Part shown: piece after piece, positions 19,165 through 28,650 of the stretch | How positions within the stretch are numbered: the stretch's first letter is position 1 | Layout: the number at the start of each line of letters is the position of its first letter | From: Dehalococcoidia bacterium | GTDB lineage: Bacteria; Chloroflexota; Dehalococcoidia; Bin125 | Direction of reading: 5' to 3' | Assembly: GCA_963662615.2 (NCBI GenBank) | Contig: CAXXSR010000001.1 | Coordinates: 1,408,001 to 1,472,000 of the forward strand | DNA length: 64,000 bases | Program-made: the position numbers and the translations under genes | The notes under the pieces: generated by a model | Seen by the model: only the letters and a program-made list of their open reading frames with translations | What the model was told of the DNA's origin: nothing | The model's database searches: none

Positions 19165-19368
19165 CGCATCCCCCTTCCCTGAATCCCGCTGAAGCCCGCA
19201 ACACTCCCTATAGCTCTCCGGTGTTGCGCGCATGCCTCTTACACGCACGGTAAGCAGCGCCCCCGCGCGACGGCTCCCTCGAAGGGTGGAACGCTGGGTG
19301 GAAAAAGGAGGCTGCCGACTCAACCTTTTGGCCGAGTCGCGGCGTTGGAACCGACGCAGCGGCGGGCG

Positions 19369-20406
19369 CTAGTCCAGCAGGGCCAGATCGCGGCCGCGGG
19401 CCACCGCCCGCGTCCGGTTGCCCACGCTCAGCTTGCTGAAGATGTTGTTGATGTGCGTCTTCACCGTGCCCACCGACACGACCAGCCGCTCCGCGATCTC
19501 CTGGTTCGTCAGCCCCGTGGCGATCAGCCGCAGCACCTCCAGCTCGCGGGCGCTCAGCGGTTCAACGCCGCCGTCAGCTGGAGCCGGGACCGGCCGCGCA
19601 TCGTCAAGGAAATCGTCGATCACCGCGATCACGCCGTCGACCTCGCCGAGCCACGGCGCGATCGAACTTCCCGGCAACAACGCCAGGCGCGCATCCGGGA
19701 TCGCGGCGGCCAGCTCCCGCGCCACGGCTACATCGATCACGGGCATCTCGGTGCGATGAAGAATAAGCGTGGGCGCGCGCACATCCGGCAGCAGCGCCCC
19801 CAGGTCCCGTTTTGCGAACTCCGCGAAGGCCGCCTGCGCCACCTCCGGTGTGACCGCCGCCCGTATCATCGCCGCGAACCGCTGCGCCGACTCCCCGTCG
19901 CTCCAGCCGAACCCGGCCAGCGCGATCGTCTCCGTGAACAGCTCCCAGTCTCGCTCAAGCAGCATGTGAATTGTCTGCGCTCGCGGCTGCCCCACCATGT
20001 GGAAGACCTGCGAGTACGTATGCCACAACACCAGCGCTCGGACCCGTTCGGGGTGCGCCGCCGCGTACGCCACGGCGGTCGGCCCCGCGTGGATCGCCGC
20101 AATCAGGGCAAACGCCTCCAGCCCCAACCGATCGACCACCGCCTCCAGATCGCGCATCTGCGCCTCTAACGAGAAGTCCGCTGCCTCCCGTTCGGAGAGC
20201 CCCGTCCCCCGGCTGTCGAACCGCACCAGCAGCCGCCCCTCGGCCAGCCGCTCATGCCAGCGTCGCCACTCGGGGATCTCCCACTCCCGCTGGAGATGAC
20301 AGCACGGCACCGTCGGCAGGCAGACCAGCGGGCTCCCCTCGCCCAGCGTGCAATAGGCGATGCTCACCCCGTCCGACGTCGGCGCGTAGCGAATCATCGG
20401 CTCCAT
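19369..20406 (-). CDS. Alpha/beta-hydrolase-fold sensor + LuxR HTH regulator
   Basis: [16 protein letters not shown]; C-terminal [24 protein letters not shown]. Confidence 0.88.
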   Translation of the reverse strand: MEPMIRYAPTSDGVSIAYCTLGEGSPLVCLPTVPCCHLQREWEIPEWRRWHERLAEGRLLVRFDSRGTGLSEREAADFSLEAQMRDLEAVVDRLGLEAFALIAAIHAGPTAVAYAAAHPERVRALVLWHTYSQVFHMVGQPRAQTIHMLLERDWELFTETIALAGFGWSDGESAQRFAAMIRAAVTPEVAQAAFAEFAKRDLGALLPDVRAPTLILHRTEMPVIDVAVARELAAAIPDARLALLPGSSIAPWLGEVDGVIAVIDDFLDDARPVPAPADGGVEPLSARELEVLRLIATGLTNQEIAERLVVSVGTVKTHINNIFSKLSVGNRTRAVARGRDLALLD

Positions 20407-20449
20407 GATGCCGCGATCCTAGGCGATCGCAGCAGCCCGCGGCGGCCAA

Positions 20450-20612
20450 CCGCTCACCCTGACCTGTCCTTCCCTCCTGGGTAGAAGCCTCTCGAAGGGC
20501 CGCCGAACCAACCACCCTCTCCGCTCCGTCCTCCCCCTCTCCATCGCTCACCGATGGAGAGGGGGCCAGTGGGTGAGGTCATCCGCTCACCCTGAGCCTG
20601 TCGAATGACGAA
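20450..20612. repeat. Mosaic REP-like palindrome cluster
   Basis: GCTCACCCTGA..GCCTGTCGAA and CCCCTCTCCATCG..CGATGGAGAGGGG modules. Confidence 0.8.
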
Positions 20613-20695
20613 CCGCCTCCTCCACTCCACGCCCCGCGCGTTCGCTACCATCCCCCTGAAGCGACGCAGATCGCAGAACCGATTCGGAGGCAACA

Positions 20696-21163
20696 ATGGC
20701 TGACCCCTTCCAATACATCTCGCAGACCAGGATCGTGCTGAAAGACGGCGTCCGCCACGCCTACCTGGGCGACGTGCCGGAGCCCGTCCGCTACGGCGTC
20801 CAAGGCGCCCTGCGCGACTACTACGGCGTCGGCCCCGGCGAGCCCGTCGCCGCCACCCTCGACCACATTGTCGCCGCCGTCGGCGGTTGAATGTTCGGCA
20901 CCCTAGCGCGGGCGCTGGCCGCCCGCGAGGTCGAGTTCGACCGCTCCACCTACTCCGCGGACGTCGCGGGCACCATCGAAGGGCCCGATAAGAAGACCAT
21001 CCGCATCACCAAGATCCACGTGACCTTCCATCTCAGCCTCCCCGCGGCTCAGCGCACGGCCGCCGAGCGCGCTGTGGCCGTACACGCCGCCGGCTGTCCG
21101 GCGCATGAGAGCGTCAAAGACACCATCGACATCACGTCGTCGGCCGAGATCGAGGAGCGCTGA
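20696..21163 (+). CDS. OsmC-like protein, probable selenoprotein (UGA at 20888-20890)
   Basis: Two adjacent ORFs join in frame: HIVAAVGG-UGA-MFGTL..GCPAHES; UGA at the OsmC peroxidatic Cys position; hairpin immediately downstream. Confidence 0.82.
20902..20930 (+). promoter_or_regulatory. Putative bacterial SECIS element
   Basis: Stem CGCGGGCG/CGCCCGCG (20907-14 / 20920-27), G-containing loop CTGGC, lower CCT/AGG pairs; stem begins 16 nt after UGA. Confidence 0.65.
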
Positions 21164-21175
21164 GCGAACCCGGTC

Positions 21176-22279
21176 ATGCCCGCAGACCTCCGCATCACAC
21201 TCCTGCACGACCGCCACGTCGCCCTCGGCGCTCGCATGGTCCCCTTCGCCGGCTGGACCATGCCGCTCCAGTACGTCGGCATCCTGGAGGAGCACGCCGC
21301 CGTGCGCGAGCGCGTCGGCCTCTTCGATGTCTCGCATCTCGCCCGTGTCACTGTCCGCGGGCGCGACGCCGCCGACCAGATCCGCTCCATCACCACCTAC
21401 GACGTCCGACGGCTCGCCCCGGGCACGGCGCACTACTCGCTCTACTGCAACGACGACGGCGGCATCGCTGACGACGTCTTCATCTACCGCCTCCAGCAGG
21501 ACCGCTGGCTCATCGTTCACAACGCCGCCTTCGCCGGCCCCGACCTCCAGCGCGTGCAACGCGCCGCCGGCGACGCCGCCCAAGACGTGACCGCGGAGAC
21601 GGTCATGCTCGCCCTCCAGGGCCCGCTCGCCCTGGCGATGCTCCGCGACACGCTTGGCCCCGCCGTTGACGGCCTGAAACTCCACGCCTGCGCCGAATTG
21701 GCCTGGCGCGGCGCAACCGTCCTCATCGCCCGCACCGGCTACACCGGCGAGGACGGAGCGGAATGCATCGCCAATGGGGTCACCGGCGCAACCCTCTGGG
21801 ACGCGCTCCACGCCGCCGGTGCCAAGCCGGCCGGATTGGGCGCCCGCGACACGCTCCGACTGGAGGCTGCGCTCCCTCTGGCCGGCCACGACATCGACGC
21901 CACCACCCACCCCTATGAGGCCGGCCTAGGCTGGACCGTCACCCTCGACGACGCCCGTGCCTTTACCGACCGCCCCTTCACCGGCCACGACGCCCTCGTC
22001 GCGCTCCAGGCCGCAACGCCGGTCCGCCGCCTCACCCATCTGAAGGCGTCGCAGCGCGGGGTGCTCCGGGCGGGCCAGGCGGTTCGCACGGAAGATGGCG
22101 GCCGTACGCTCGGCGCCTTGACCAGCGGCGCCTTCAGCCCCACGCTACGTGTGGGAATCGGCATGGCCTATCTCCCCCCGGATCTCGCCCGCCCCGGCAC
22201 GCGCCTCCAGGTCGATGTCCGCGGTCGGGCCCTCCCAGTCGAAGTCGTGCGCCGCCCCTTCTACCGGCGGCCCCTCTAG
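21176..22279 (+). CDS. gcvT: Glycine cleavage T protein
   Basis: FAGWTMPLQY, GLFDVSH, ARTGYTGEDG, GLGARDTLRLEA. Confidence 0.96.
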   Translation: MPADLRITLLHDRHVALGARMVPFAGWTMPLQYVGILEEHAAVRERVGLFDVSHLARVTVRGRDAADQIRSITTYDVRRLAPGTAHYSLYCNDDGGIADDVFIYRLQQDRWLIVHNAAFAGPDLQRVQRAAGDAAQDVTAETVMLALQGPLALAMLRDTLGPAVDGLKLHACAELAWRGATVLIARTGYTGEDGAECIANGVTGATLWDALHAAGAKPAGLGARDTLRLEAALPLAGHDIDATTHPYEAGLGWTVTLDDARAFTDRPFTGHDALVALQAATPVRRLTHLKASQRGVLRAGQAVRTEDGGRTLGALTSGAFSPTLRVGIGMAYLPPDLARPGTRLQVDVRGRALPVEVVRRPFYRRPL

Positions 22280-22290
22280 AGAAAAGCCTC

Positions 22291-22686
22291 ATGGCCCCAG
22301 AAACGCTCATCCCGGCCGACCGCCACTACACCTCCGAGCACGAATGGCTCCTCGTCGATGGTGACGAAGCCACCATCGGCATCACCGACTTCGCCCAGGA
22401 CGAACTTGGCGACATCGTCTACGTCGAGCTGCCCGCGGTCGGCACTTCCGTCACCAAGGGCGAGGCGTTCGGCGTCGTCGAGTCCGTCAAGGCCGTCTCC
22501 GATCTCTTCACCCCCGCCGCCGGCGAGGTCATCGCTCGCAACGACAAGCTGGAAGACGCGCCGGAGCTGCTGAATCAGTCGCCCTACGATGCCGGCTGGT
22601 TGATCCGCCTGCGCCTCGCCGACCCCGCTGAGCTGGCTGACCTCCTCGACGCCGACGCCTACCGGCGCGAGTTCCCGGACGCCTGA
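22291..22686 (+). CDS. gcvH: Glycine cleavage H protein
   Basis: HEW..GITDFAQDELGDIVYVELP, VESVKA lipoyl-Lys. Confidence 0.97.
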   Translation: MAPETLIPADRHYTSEHEWLLVDGDEATIGITDFAQDELGDIVYVELPAVGTSVTKGEAFGVVESVKAVSDLFTPAAGEVIARNDKLEDAPELLNQSPYDAGWLIRLRLADPAELADLLDADAYRREFPDA

Positions 22687-22700
22687 GGGGGATCGGCCCG

Positions 22701-24113
22701 GTGGAATCCGCCTCCACGGACGCCCCCACGCCCTACATCGCCAACACCGCCGCTGATCGCGCCGCCATGCTCGCCCGCATCGGCGTCAGGGATCTGGAGG
22801 ACCTCTTCGCCGAACTGCCGGCGCGGTTCCGCGACCCGCCTCTCCCCCTCGACCCCCCCCTCGCCGAGGCGGACCTCCAGCAGCACTTCCGCCGCCTCGC
22901 GGCTGAGAACGCCGATCTCGCCCAGCGCCCTTCCTTTCTCGGCGCCGGCGCCTACCGGCGAGCGCTGCCGGCCGTCACCGCCGCTTTGGCCTCCCGCTCC
23001 GAGTTCGTCACCGCCTACACCCCCTATCAACCGGAGATCAGTCAGGGCACGCTCCAGAGCGCCTTCGAGTTCCAGTCCGTCGTCTGCGAACTCACCGGCA
23101 TGGACGTCTCCAACACCGGCCTCTACGACGTTGCCAGCGCCAGCGCGGAGGCCACCCTGCTCGCCGCCCGCGTCACCGAGCGCCACCGCGTCACCAAGCG
23201 CCACCGCGTCGCCGTGCTGGAGCCGTTCCACCCCCACACCCTCGATGTTGTTCGCTCCTACGCCTACGGCGCCGACCTCGCCATTGATGCTGTGCCGAGC
23301 GCCGACGACCTGGGCACCGACCACGCCTGCCTCCTCATCCAGCAGCCCGACTTCCTCGGAACCATTCACGACGTCGAACCCCTGGCGGCCGCGGCGCACG
23401 CGGCCGGCGCCCTGCTCGTCGTGGTCGCCGATCCTTTCGCCCTCGGCCTGCTCCGCGCCCCCGGCGACGCCGGCGCCGACGTCGTCACCGGCGAGGGACG
23501 CGACCTCGCGGGGCCACCCTCGTTTGGCGGGCCCTCGCTCGGACTCTTCGCCGCCAAGGAGGCGCATCTGCGCCAGATGCCCGGCCGCATCGTCGGGCGG
23601 ACCAAGGAGCTGCACGGCCCCACCCGCACCGACGGCAGCACCGCCGATCCCCGCACCGGCTACGTCCTCACCCTCCAGGCGCGCGAACAGTTCATCCGCC
23701 GCGAGCGCGCCACCTCCAACTTCTCCACCGGCCAGTCGCTCTTGGCCCTCGCCTTCACCGTGACCGTCCAGGCGCTCGGACCACACGGCCTCCGCCGCCA
23801 GGCCGATCGCTGCTACCAGACCGCCCACGACGCCGCCGCCCGCATCGCCGCGCTGCCCGGCTACGCCGTCGTCGATCGTGGCCCCTGGTTCCAAGAGTTC
23901 CTGCTTCGCGGTCCCCTCCCCGCCCCCCAGCTGCTCCAACGCCTCGCCGACGCCGGCATCGTCGGCGGCCTCGACGTTTCAGATCGGCCCGAGCCCGAAG
24001 CCGCGGGCGCCATCCTCACCTGCGTCACCGAGAGCACCCCCCCGGACCACGTCGACCGCCTCATCGCCGCCCTCTCTTCCCTGGAGCAGGCGTCCTTGGA
24101 GAAGACCCCGTGA
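22701..24113 (+). CDS. gcvPA: Glycine dehydrogenase subunit 1
   Basis: FLGAGAY, TAYTPYQPEISQG, LTLQAREQFIRRERATSN. Confidence 0.95.
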   Translation: MESASTDAPTPYIANTAADRAAMLARIGVRDLEDLFAELPARFRDPPLPLDPPLAEADLQQHFRRLAAENADLAQRPSFLGAGAYRRALPAVTAALASRSEFVTAYTPYQPEISQGTLQSAFEFQSVVCELTGMDVSNTGLYDVASASAEATLLAARVTERHRVTKRHRVAVLEPFHPHTLDVVRSYAYGADLAIDAVPSADDLGTDHACLLIQQPDFLGTIHDVEPLAAAAHAAGALLVVVADPFALGLLRAPGDAGADVVTGEGRDLAGPPSFGGPSLGLFAAKEAHLRQMPGRIVGRTKELHGPTRTDGSTADPRTGYVLTLQAREQFIRRERATSNFSTGQSLLALAFTVTVQALGPHGLRRQADRCYQTAHDAAARIAALPGYAVVDRGPWFQEFLLRGPLPAPQLLQRLADAGIVGGLDVSDRPEPEAAGAILTCVTESTPPDHVDRLIAALSSLEQASLEKTP

Positions 24114-25633
24114 GCGCACCGCAACCGGAAGACGTGGGCGCTCGCCTCGCCTTCGACCGCGGCGCCCCCGGCCGTTCGGCCGTCGCCGTCTCTGCCTGGG
24201 AGGGCGAGCGGCGTCCCCTGCCCCCTGCCTCCCTCCTCCGCGATTCTCTCCGGCTGCCGGAGCTGAGCCAGCCCGAGCTCGTCCGCTACTACATCGCCCT
24301 TTCGCGGCGCAACTACGGCGTCGACAGCGGCTCCTACCCGCTCGGGTCCTGCACCATGAAGTACAACCCCAAGCTGCACGATGCCCTCGCCGGCCTGCCC
24401 GGCTTCGCCGATGCGCACCCGCTCGCCCCTCCCCACGACGTCCAGGGCACGCTGCGGCTGCTCTGGGAGCTGCAGCAGGCGCTCGGCCTGATCACGGGGC
24501 TGCCCGCCGTCAGCTTGGCGCCCGCCGCCGGCGCCCAGGGCGAACTCTCGGGCATGCTGATGATCAAGAGCGCCCTCCAGGATCGCGGCGAATTGGCGCA
24601 GCGCCGGCGTGTCCTCGTGCCGGACAGCGCCCACGGCACCAACCCGGCCTCCGCCGCCATGGCCGGCTTCACCGTCACCCAGCTCCCCACCAGCGCCACC
24701 GGCTCCATCGACCGCGCCGCCCTCCAGCGAGAGTTGGACGGCAGCGTCGCGGCGCTCATGGTCACGCTGCCCAACACCCTGGGCCTGTGGGAGGAGTCCA
24801 TTGAAGAGGTGACGGCGTTGGTCCACCAGGCGGGCGGCTTCGTCTACGGCGACGGCGCCAACCTCAACGCTGTCGCCGGCCGCATCCGCTACGGCGACCT
24901 CGGCGTCGACGTCGCCCACTTCAACCTGCACAAGACCTTCAGCACCCCGCACGGGGGAGGCGGCCCCGGCGCCGGCCCCGTCTGCGCCCGCCCCGACCTC
25001 GCCCCGCTGCTGCCTGCTCCCGTCGTGCAGCGCACCGAAGCAGGAGGGGAGCGCACGCAAGAAGACGCCTTCTCTCTGGCGCGCCCCGCCCACAGCATCG
25101 GACGCGTGCAGCAGTTCCACGGCAGCATCGGCGTGCTCATCCGCGCCTACGCCTATATCCGCAGCCTCGGCGCCCCTGGGCTCCGCGCCGTCTCCGCCAA
25201 CGCCGTCCTCAACGCGAACTACCTCCGCTCCCTCCTCCGCGACGACTATGACCTCCCCTTCGACCGTCCCGTCCTGCACGAAGTGATCTTCTCCGGCTCC
25301 CGCCAGCGCCGCGAATCCGACGTCCGCACCTACGACATCGCCAAGCGCCTGATCGACTACGGCTTCCATCCCCCCACGGTCTACTTCCCCCTGATCGTGG
25401 AGGAGGCGTTGATGATCGAGCCCACCGAGACCGAGCCCCGCGAGGAGTTGGAGCGCTTCGCCGACGCCCTCATCGCCATCGCCCGGGAGGCTCGTGAGCA
25501 GCCCGACCTCGTCCGTTCGGCGCCCCACGCCGCCCCCCTTGGCCGCCTCGACGAGGTCACGGCCGCCCGCCGCCCCGACCTCCGCTGGCGCCCCCCATCC
25601 GCTCACCCTGAGCCTGTCGAAAGGTCACCCTGA
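24110..25633 (+). CDS. gcvPB: Glycine dehydrogenase subunit 2
   Basis: YPLGSCTMKYNP, AHGTNPAS, NLHKTFSTPHGGGGPG. Confidence 0.96.
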   Translation: MSAPQPEDVGARLAFDRGAPGRSAVAVSAWEGERRPLPPASLLRDSLRLPELSQPELVRYYIALSRRNYGVDSGSYPLGSCTMKYNPKLHDALAGLPGFADAHPLAPPHDVQGTLRLLWELQQALGLITGLPAVSLAPAAGAQGELSGMLMIKSALQDRGELAQRRRVLVPDSAHGTNPASAAMAGFTVTQLPTSATGSIDRAALQRELDGSVAALMVTLPNTLGLWEESIEEVTALVHQAGGFVYGDGANLNAVAGRIRYGDLGVDVAHFNLHKTFSTPHGGGGPGAGPVCARPDLAPLLPAPVVQRTEAGGERTQEDAFSLARPAHSIGRVQQFHGSIGVLIRAYAYIRSLGAPGLRAVSANAVLNANYLRSLLRDDYDLPFDRPVLHEVIFSGSRQRRESDVRTYDIAKRLIDYGFHPPTVYFPLIVEEALMIEPTETEPREELERFADALIAIAREAREQPDLVRSAPHAAPLGRLDEVTAARRPDLRWRPPSAHPEPVERSP

Positions 25634-25750
25634 GCCTGCCTGACCTGTCCTTCCCTCCCGGGAAGGAGCCCGTCCAAGGGTCGAAGGACGAACGGGCCTT
25701 CCTCCCCCTCTCCATCGCTTCGGGATGGAGAGGGAGCCAGGGGGTGAGGC
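25599..25750. repeat. Mosaic REP-like cluster overlapping the gcvPB stop
   Basis: GCTCACCCTGAGCCTGTCGAA, nested CCTGACCTGTCCTTCCCTCCCGGGAAGGAG, CCCTCTCCATC..GATGGAGAGGG. Confidence 0.85.
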
Positions 25751-26001
25751 CCCGCCCAACGACTGATCCGCGTGGGGAGGGGCATCTGCGGGAAGGACCC
25801 CCCACCTGCGAGCGCGCGCGAAAGAAACCGCTCCACCAACCGAAGACAAAACGCGCGCATCGGTCACGTTGACACAGCGGAGACAGGACTGGACCGTGTA
25901 TTGGGCCCGTCTACCGACGAACAGCGCGCAGAGAGACGACGCATGCAGGCGCAGCCGCTCACCCCAACAGCCGCCCGCGACGCCGTGAAGGGCGCCCCCA
26001 A

Positions 26002-27321
26002 TTGATCCGCGCGGCGCGCCGGGAAGCTACGTTCGGGCGCACCTGCCTGTGGGCGCTGCTGCTACTCATACTCGCCGTCGCAGCCCTGCTCTGGCAGGCG
26101 GCCTCCCCCCCATCGCCCGCCGCCGCCGCCGATGTCGGCCCCGTCGCCGCGCCGGCGGACGCGGCCATCACCTACGATCCCCTGCCCGACTTCGTCCCCG
26201 CCTTCGACGAAGACAGCCTTACCCTTGGCGGCAACGACTCCCGCGGCTCCATGCTCCGCTCCCACACCATCGTCGCCAGCACCGGCCCCGAGCATCGCAC
26301 CAACTGGGAGCTGCTCATTCCCGCCGCCCAGGTCAAGGCCGACGTGGCCCGCACCGGCTTGACCGATGTTGGCGCGCTCGGCGCCCCCGACAATCCCGAC
26401 GTCATCGGCTGGTGGGGAGAGGGACCGGCCTTCTACCAGCGCGGCAACGTGCTCCTCAGCGGCCACCGCGACTACACGGATACCGAAGGCAACACCGGCA
26501 TCGGCGTGAACTGGAAGCTCGACAACACCCGCCCCGGCGATTTCATCATCGTCCGCGACAAGAGGAGCGGTGACGTCTACGTCTATGAGATCACGGAGTC
26601 CATCTCACTCCCCTGGGACGCCCCCGACGGCCTCGACTATCTCCAGCCCTCTTCAGAGCCCATCCTCACCCTCATCACCTGCGAGGGCTCCTTCGACCAC
26701 AACGAGCACAACTACTCCCAGCGCCGCATCGTCGTCGCCACGCTGGTCCACCCCTTGCCCACCGTCCCGGTCCCGGTGGAGCCCGCCATCCGCCATGTCA
26801 GCCTTGAGCCGGGCTGGAATCTAGTCGGCTGGACCCAAGCCGCCGTCGCCTCAAGCGCCCTGCCCGTTGCCGGCAGCTTCCTCTCCCTCTTCACCTGGGA
26901 CGCGGTCGGAGAAGCGTTCCGCTCCTACTGGCCGGGAGTACCGTCCGCCCTCAACACGGCCACGGAGGTCCGCCTCGGCGACGGCGTCTGGCTCTACGTC
27001 GCCGCTCCGCAAGGGGCGGTGCTCGAACTCCAGGAGCACCTTGGCGGCCGCTGGGTTCCCCTCCAGCGCCCCAGCGATGGCCATTCCGGCTTCAACCTCG
27101 TCACCTGGACGGGGCCGGATGGCACGCCCATCCCTGTCGCCGTGTCAAGCCTCGGCGGCGCCTTCGCCGACCTCTACATTTGGAACGCCGGCGCGCAGCG
27201 CTTCTCCTCCTACCACGCCGGCCGGCCGGCCCTCCTCAACACAGCCACCGTTCTCAACCACGGCGACGCCCTCTGGCTCAAGGTGAGCCAGCCTACCTTC
27301 TGGTGGCAGCCGCCGCCCTAG
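26002..27321 (+). CDS. Class F-like sortase with two C-terminal PGWN-type modules
   Basis: N-terminal TM; GNVLLSGHRD (His), LTLITCEG (Cys), QRRIVV (Arg). Confidence 0.85.
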   Translation: MIRAARREATFGRTCLWALLLLILAVAALLWQAASPPSPAAAADVGPVAAPADAAITYDPLPDFVPAFDEDSLTLGGNDSRGSMLRSHTIVASTGPEHRTNWELLIPAAQVKADVARTGLTDVGALGAPDNPDVIGWWGEGPAFYQRGNVLLSGHRDYTDTEGNTGIGVNWKLDNTRPGDFIIVRDKRSGDVYVYEITESISLPWDAPDGLDYLQPSSEPILTLITCEGSFDHNEHNYSQRRIVVATLVHPLPTVPVPVEPAIRHVSLEPGWNLVGWTQAAVASSALPVAGSFLSLFTWDAVGEAFRSYWPGVPSALNTATEVRLGDGVWLYVAAPQGAVLELQEHLGGRWVPLQRPSDGHSGFNLVTWTGPDGTPIPVAVSSLGGAFADLYIWNAGAQRFSSYHAGRPALLNTATVLNHGDALWLKVSQPTFWWQPPP

Positions 27322-27342
27322 CTTCTGGTGGCAGCCGCCGCC

Positions 27343-28587
27343 CTAGCCCGCCACCGGCGCGCGCTCCTCCTCCGGCGTGGCCAACAAGCTCACCGGCGAC
27401 TCGACCTCAAAGGGGCTCTTGAGTCCCAGCTCCTCGCCCAAGTCTCGCAGCGCTGGCATCACTTCCTTGCCCAGCAGCTCAATGCAGCGCATCGAGTCCT
27501 TGTGCGATACGCCACCGTCGTTGCCCCACAGCGCCATGATCCCCGGCCGCGTCCTCGATATCTTTGACCGCAGTTGCGCCACGACCTGGTCCGGCGTGCC
27601 GGCGACGATCTGCATGATCTCAAGCTGCTTCTCAAACGAGTTGCCCCGGTCCAGACGCGGGTTGCTGCGGCGCCCGTTGGCGAACTCCACCAGCTCCCGA
27701 CGCCGCGCCGGGGCCCCGTAGCCTGCCGGGTTGCTCCAGACCGGGTGGCCCAGCCCCGTGAACTCGCCCATCATCCACATGAACTGCCGCGCGTTTTCCA
27801 GCGCCTTCTCTTCTGTGTCCTGCACGTGCACGCGCTGCAAATAGCCCAGGTTCTCAGTGCCCGGCCTGTAGCCCACACGGGCCGCTGTCTCCGTGTACGT
27901 CTCCCAGATCTTCTCGGTCGCCTCGGCGGTCGTGTTCAAGCACATGTAGGGATAACGATGCTCCGCCGCCCACACGATCGTCTCCCGGCTCAACACCCCC
28001 GGGACCCAGATCCGCGGATGCGGCTGTTGCAGCGGCAGCACCCACGGGTTCACCACCCGATGCTGATAATGCTTCCCCTCCCAGCGGAACGGCCCCGGCT
28101 CCGTCCACGTCTTCACGATCAGGTCGTGCGCCTCCTCAAACCGCTCGCGGTTGTACGCCGGATTGACCCCCGCGGCCAGCTGCTCCTGCCCGCCCCCGCG
28201 CACAATGCCCGCCACCAGCCGTCCCCGCGAGACCATGTCAATCATCGCCAGCTCTTCCGCCAACCGCACCGGGTTGTCCTCCAACGGCAGCGGATTGCCC
28301 AACAGGACAATCTTCACCCGCTCCGTTGTCGCGGCCAGGATGGCGGCGAAGATGTTCGTCTTCGCCTGCATGCAGAACGGCGCGTTGTGGTGCTCGTTCA
28401 GCATGATCCCGTCTACCCCAACCTCTTCCGCGAACTGGTATTCCTCAATCCGCTCGTTGTACAGGCGGCTACCCGCCACGGAATCGAAGTGACGGTTGGA
28501 GAACAACAACGCCGTGTACCCCTCATCCAGCCCAATCTCGGCCGGATACGTGGACATCGGCTGCTCGGTGAAATACATCAAGTGCAT
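27343..28587 (-). CDS. LLM-class flavin-dependent oxidoreductase
   Basis: LNEHH, PVRLAEELAMIDMVSRGRL, PLQQPHP. Confidence 0.92.
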   Translation of the reverse strand: MHLMYFTEQPMSTYPAEIGLDEGYTALLFSNRHFDSVAGSRLYNERIEEYQFAEEVGVDGIMLNEHHNAPFCMQAKTNIFAAILAATTERVKIVLLGNPLPLEDNPVRLAEELAMIDMVSRGRLVAGIVRGGGQEQLAAGVNPAYNRERFEEAHDLIVKTWTEPGPFRWEGKHYQHRVVNPWVLPLQQPHPRIWVPGVLSRETIVWAAEHRYPYMCLNTTAEATEKIWETYTETAARVGYRPGTENLGYLQRVHVQDTEEKALENARQFMWMMGEFTGLGHPVWSNPAGYGAPARRRELVEFANGRRSNPRLDRGNSFEKQLEIMQIVAGTPDQVVAQLRSKISRTRPGIMALWGNDGGVSHKDSMRCIELLGKEVMPALRDLGEELGLKSPFEVESPVSLLATPEEERAPVAG

Positions 28588-28650
28588 ACGTGTCGCCCTC
28601 TCTCGAGCCCGGGCGCGCCCACCACTGCGAACGCCCCTCCCGCTCGACCG

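Noticed and set aside
20630-21175. Glycine riboswitch upstream of the gcv genes
   Set aside because: No glycine-aptamer motifs recognisable; the leader is short and occupied by the OsmC gene
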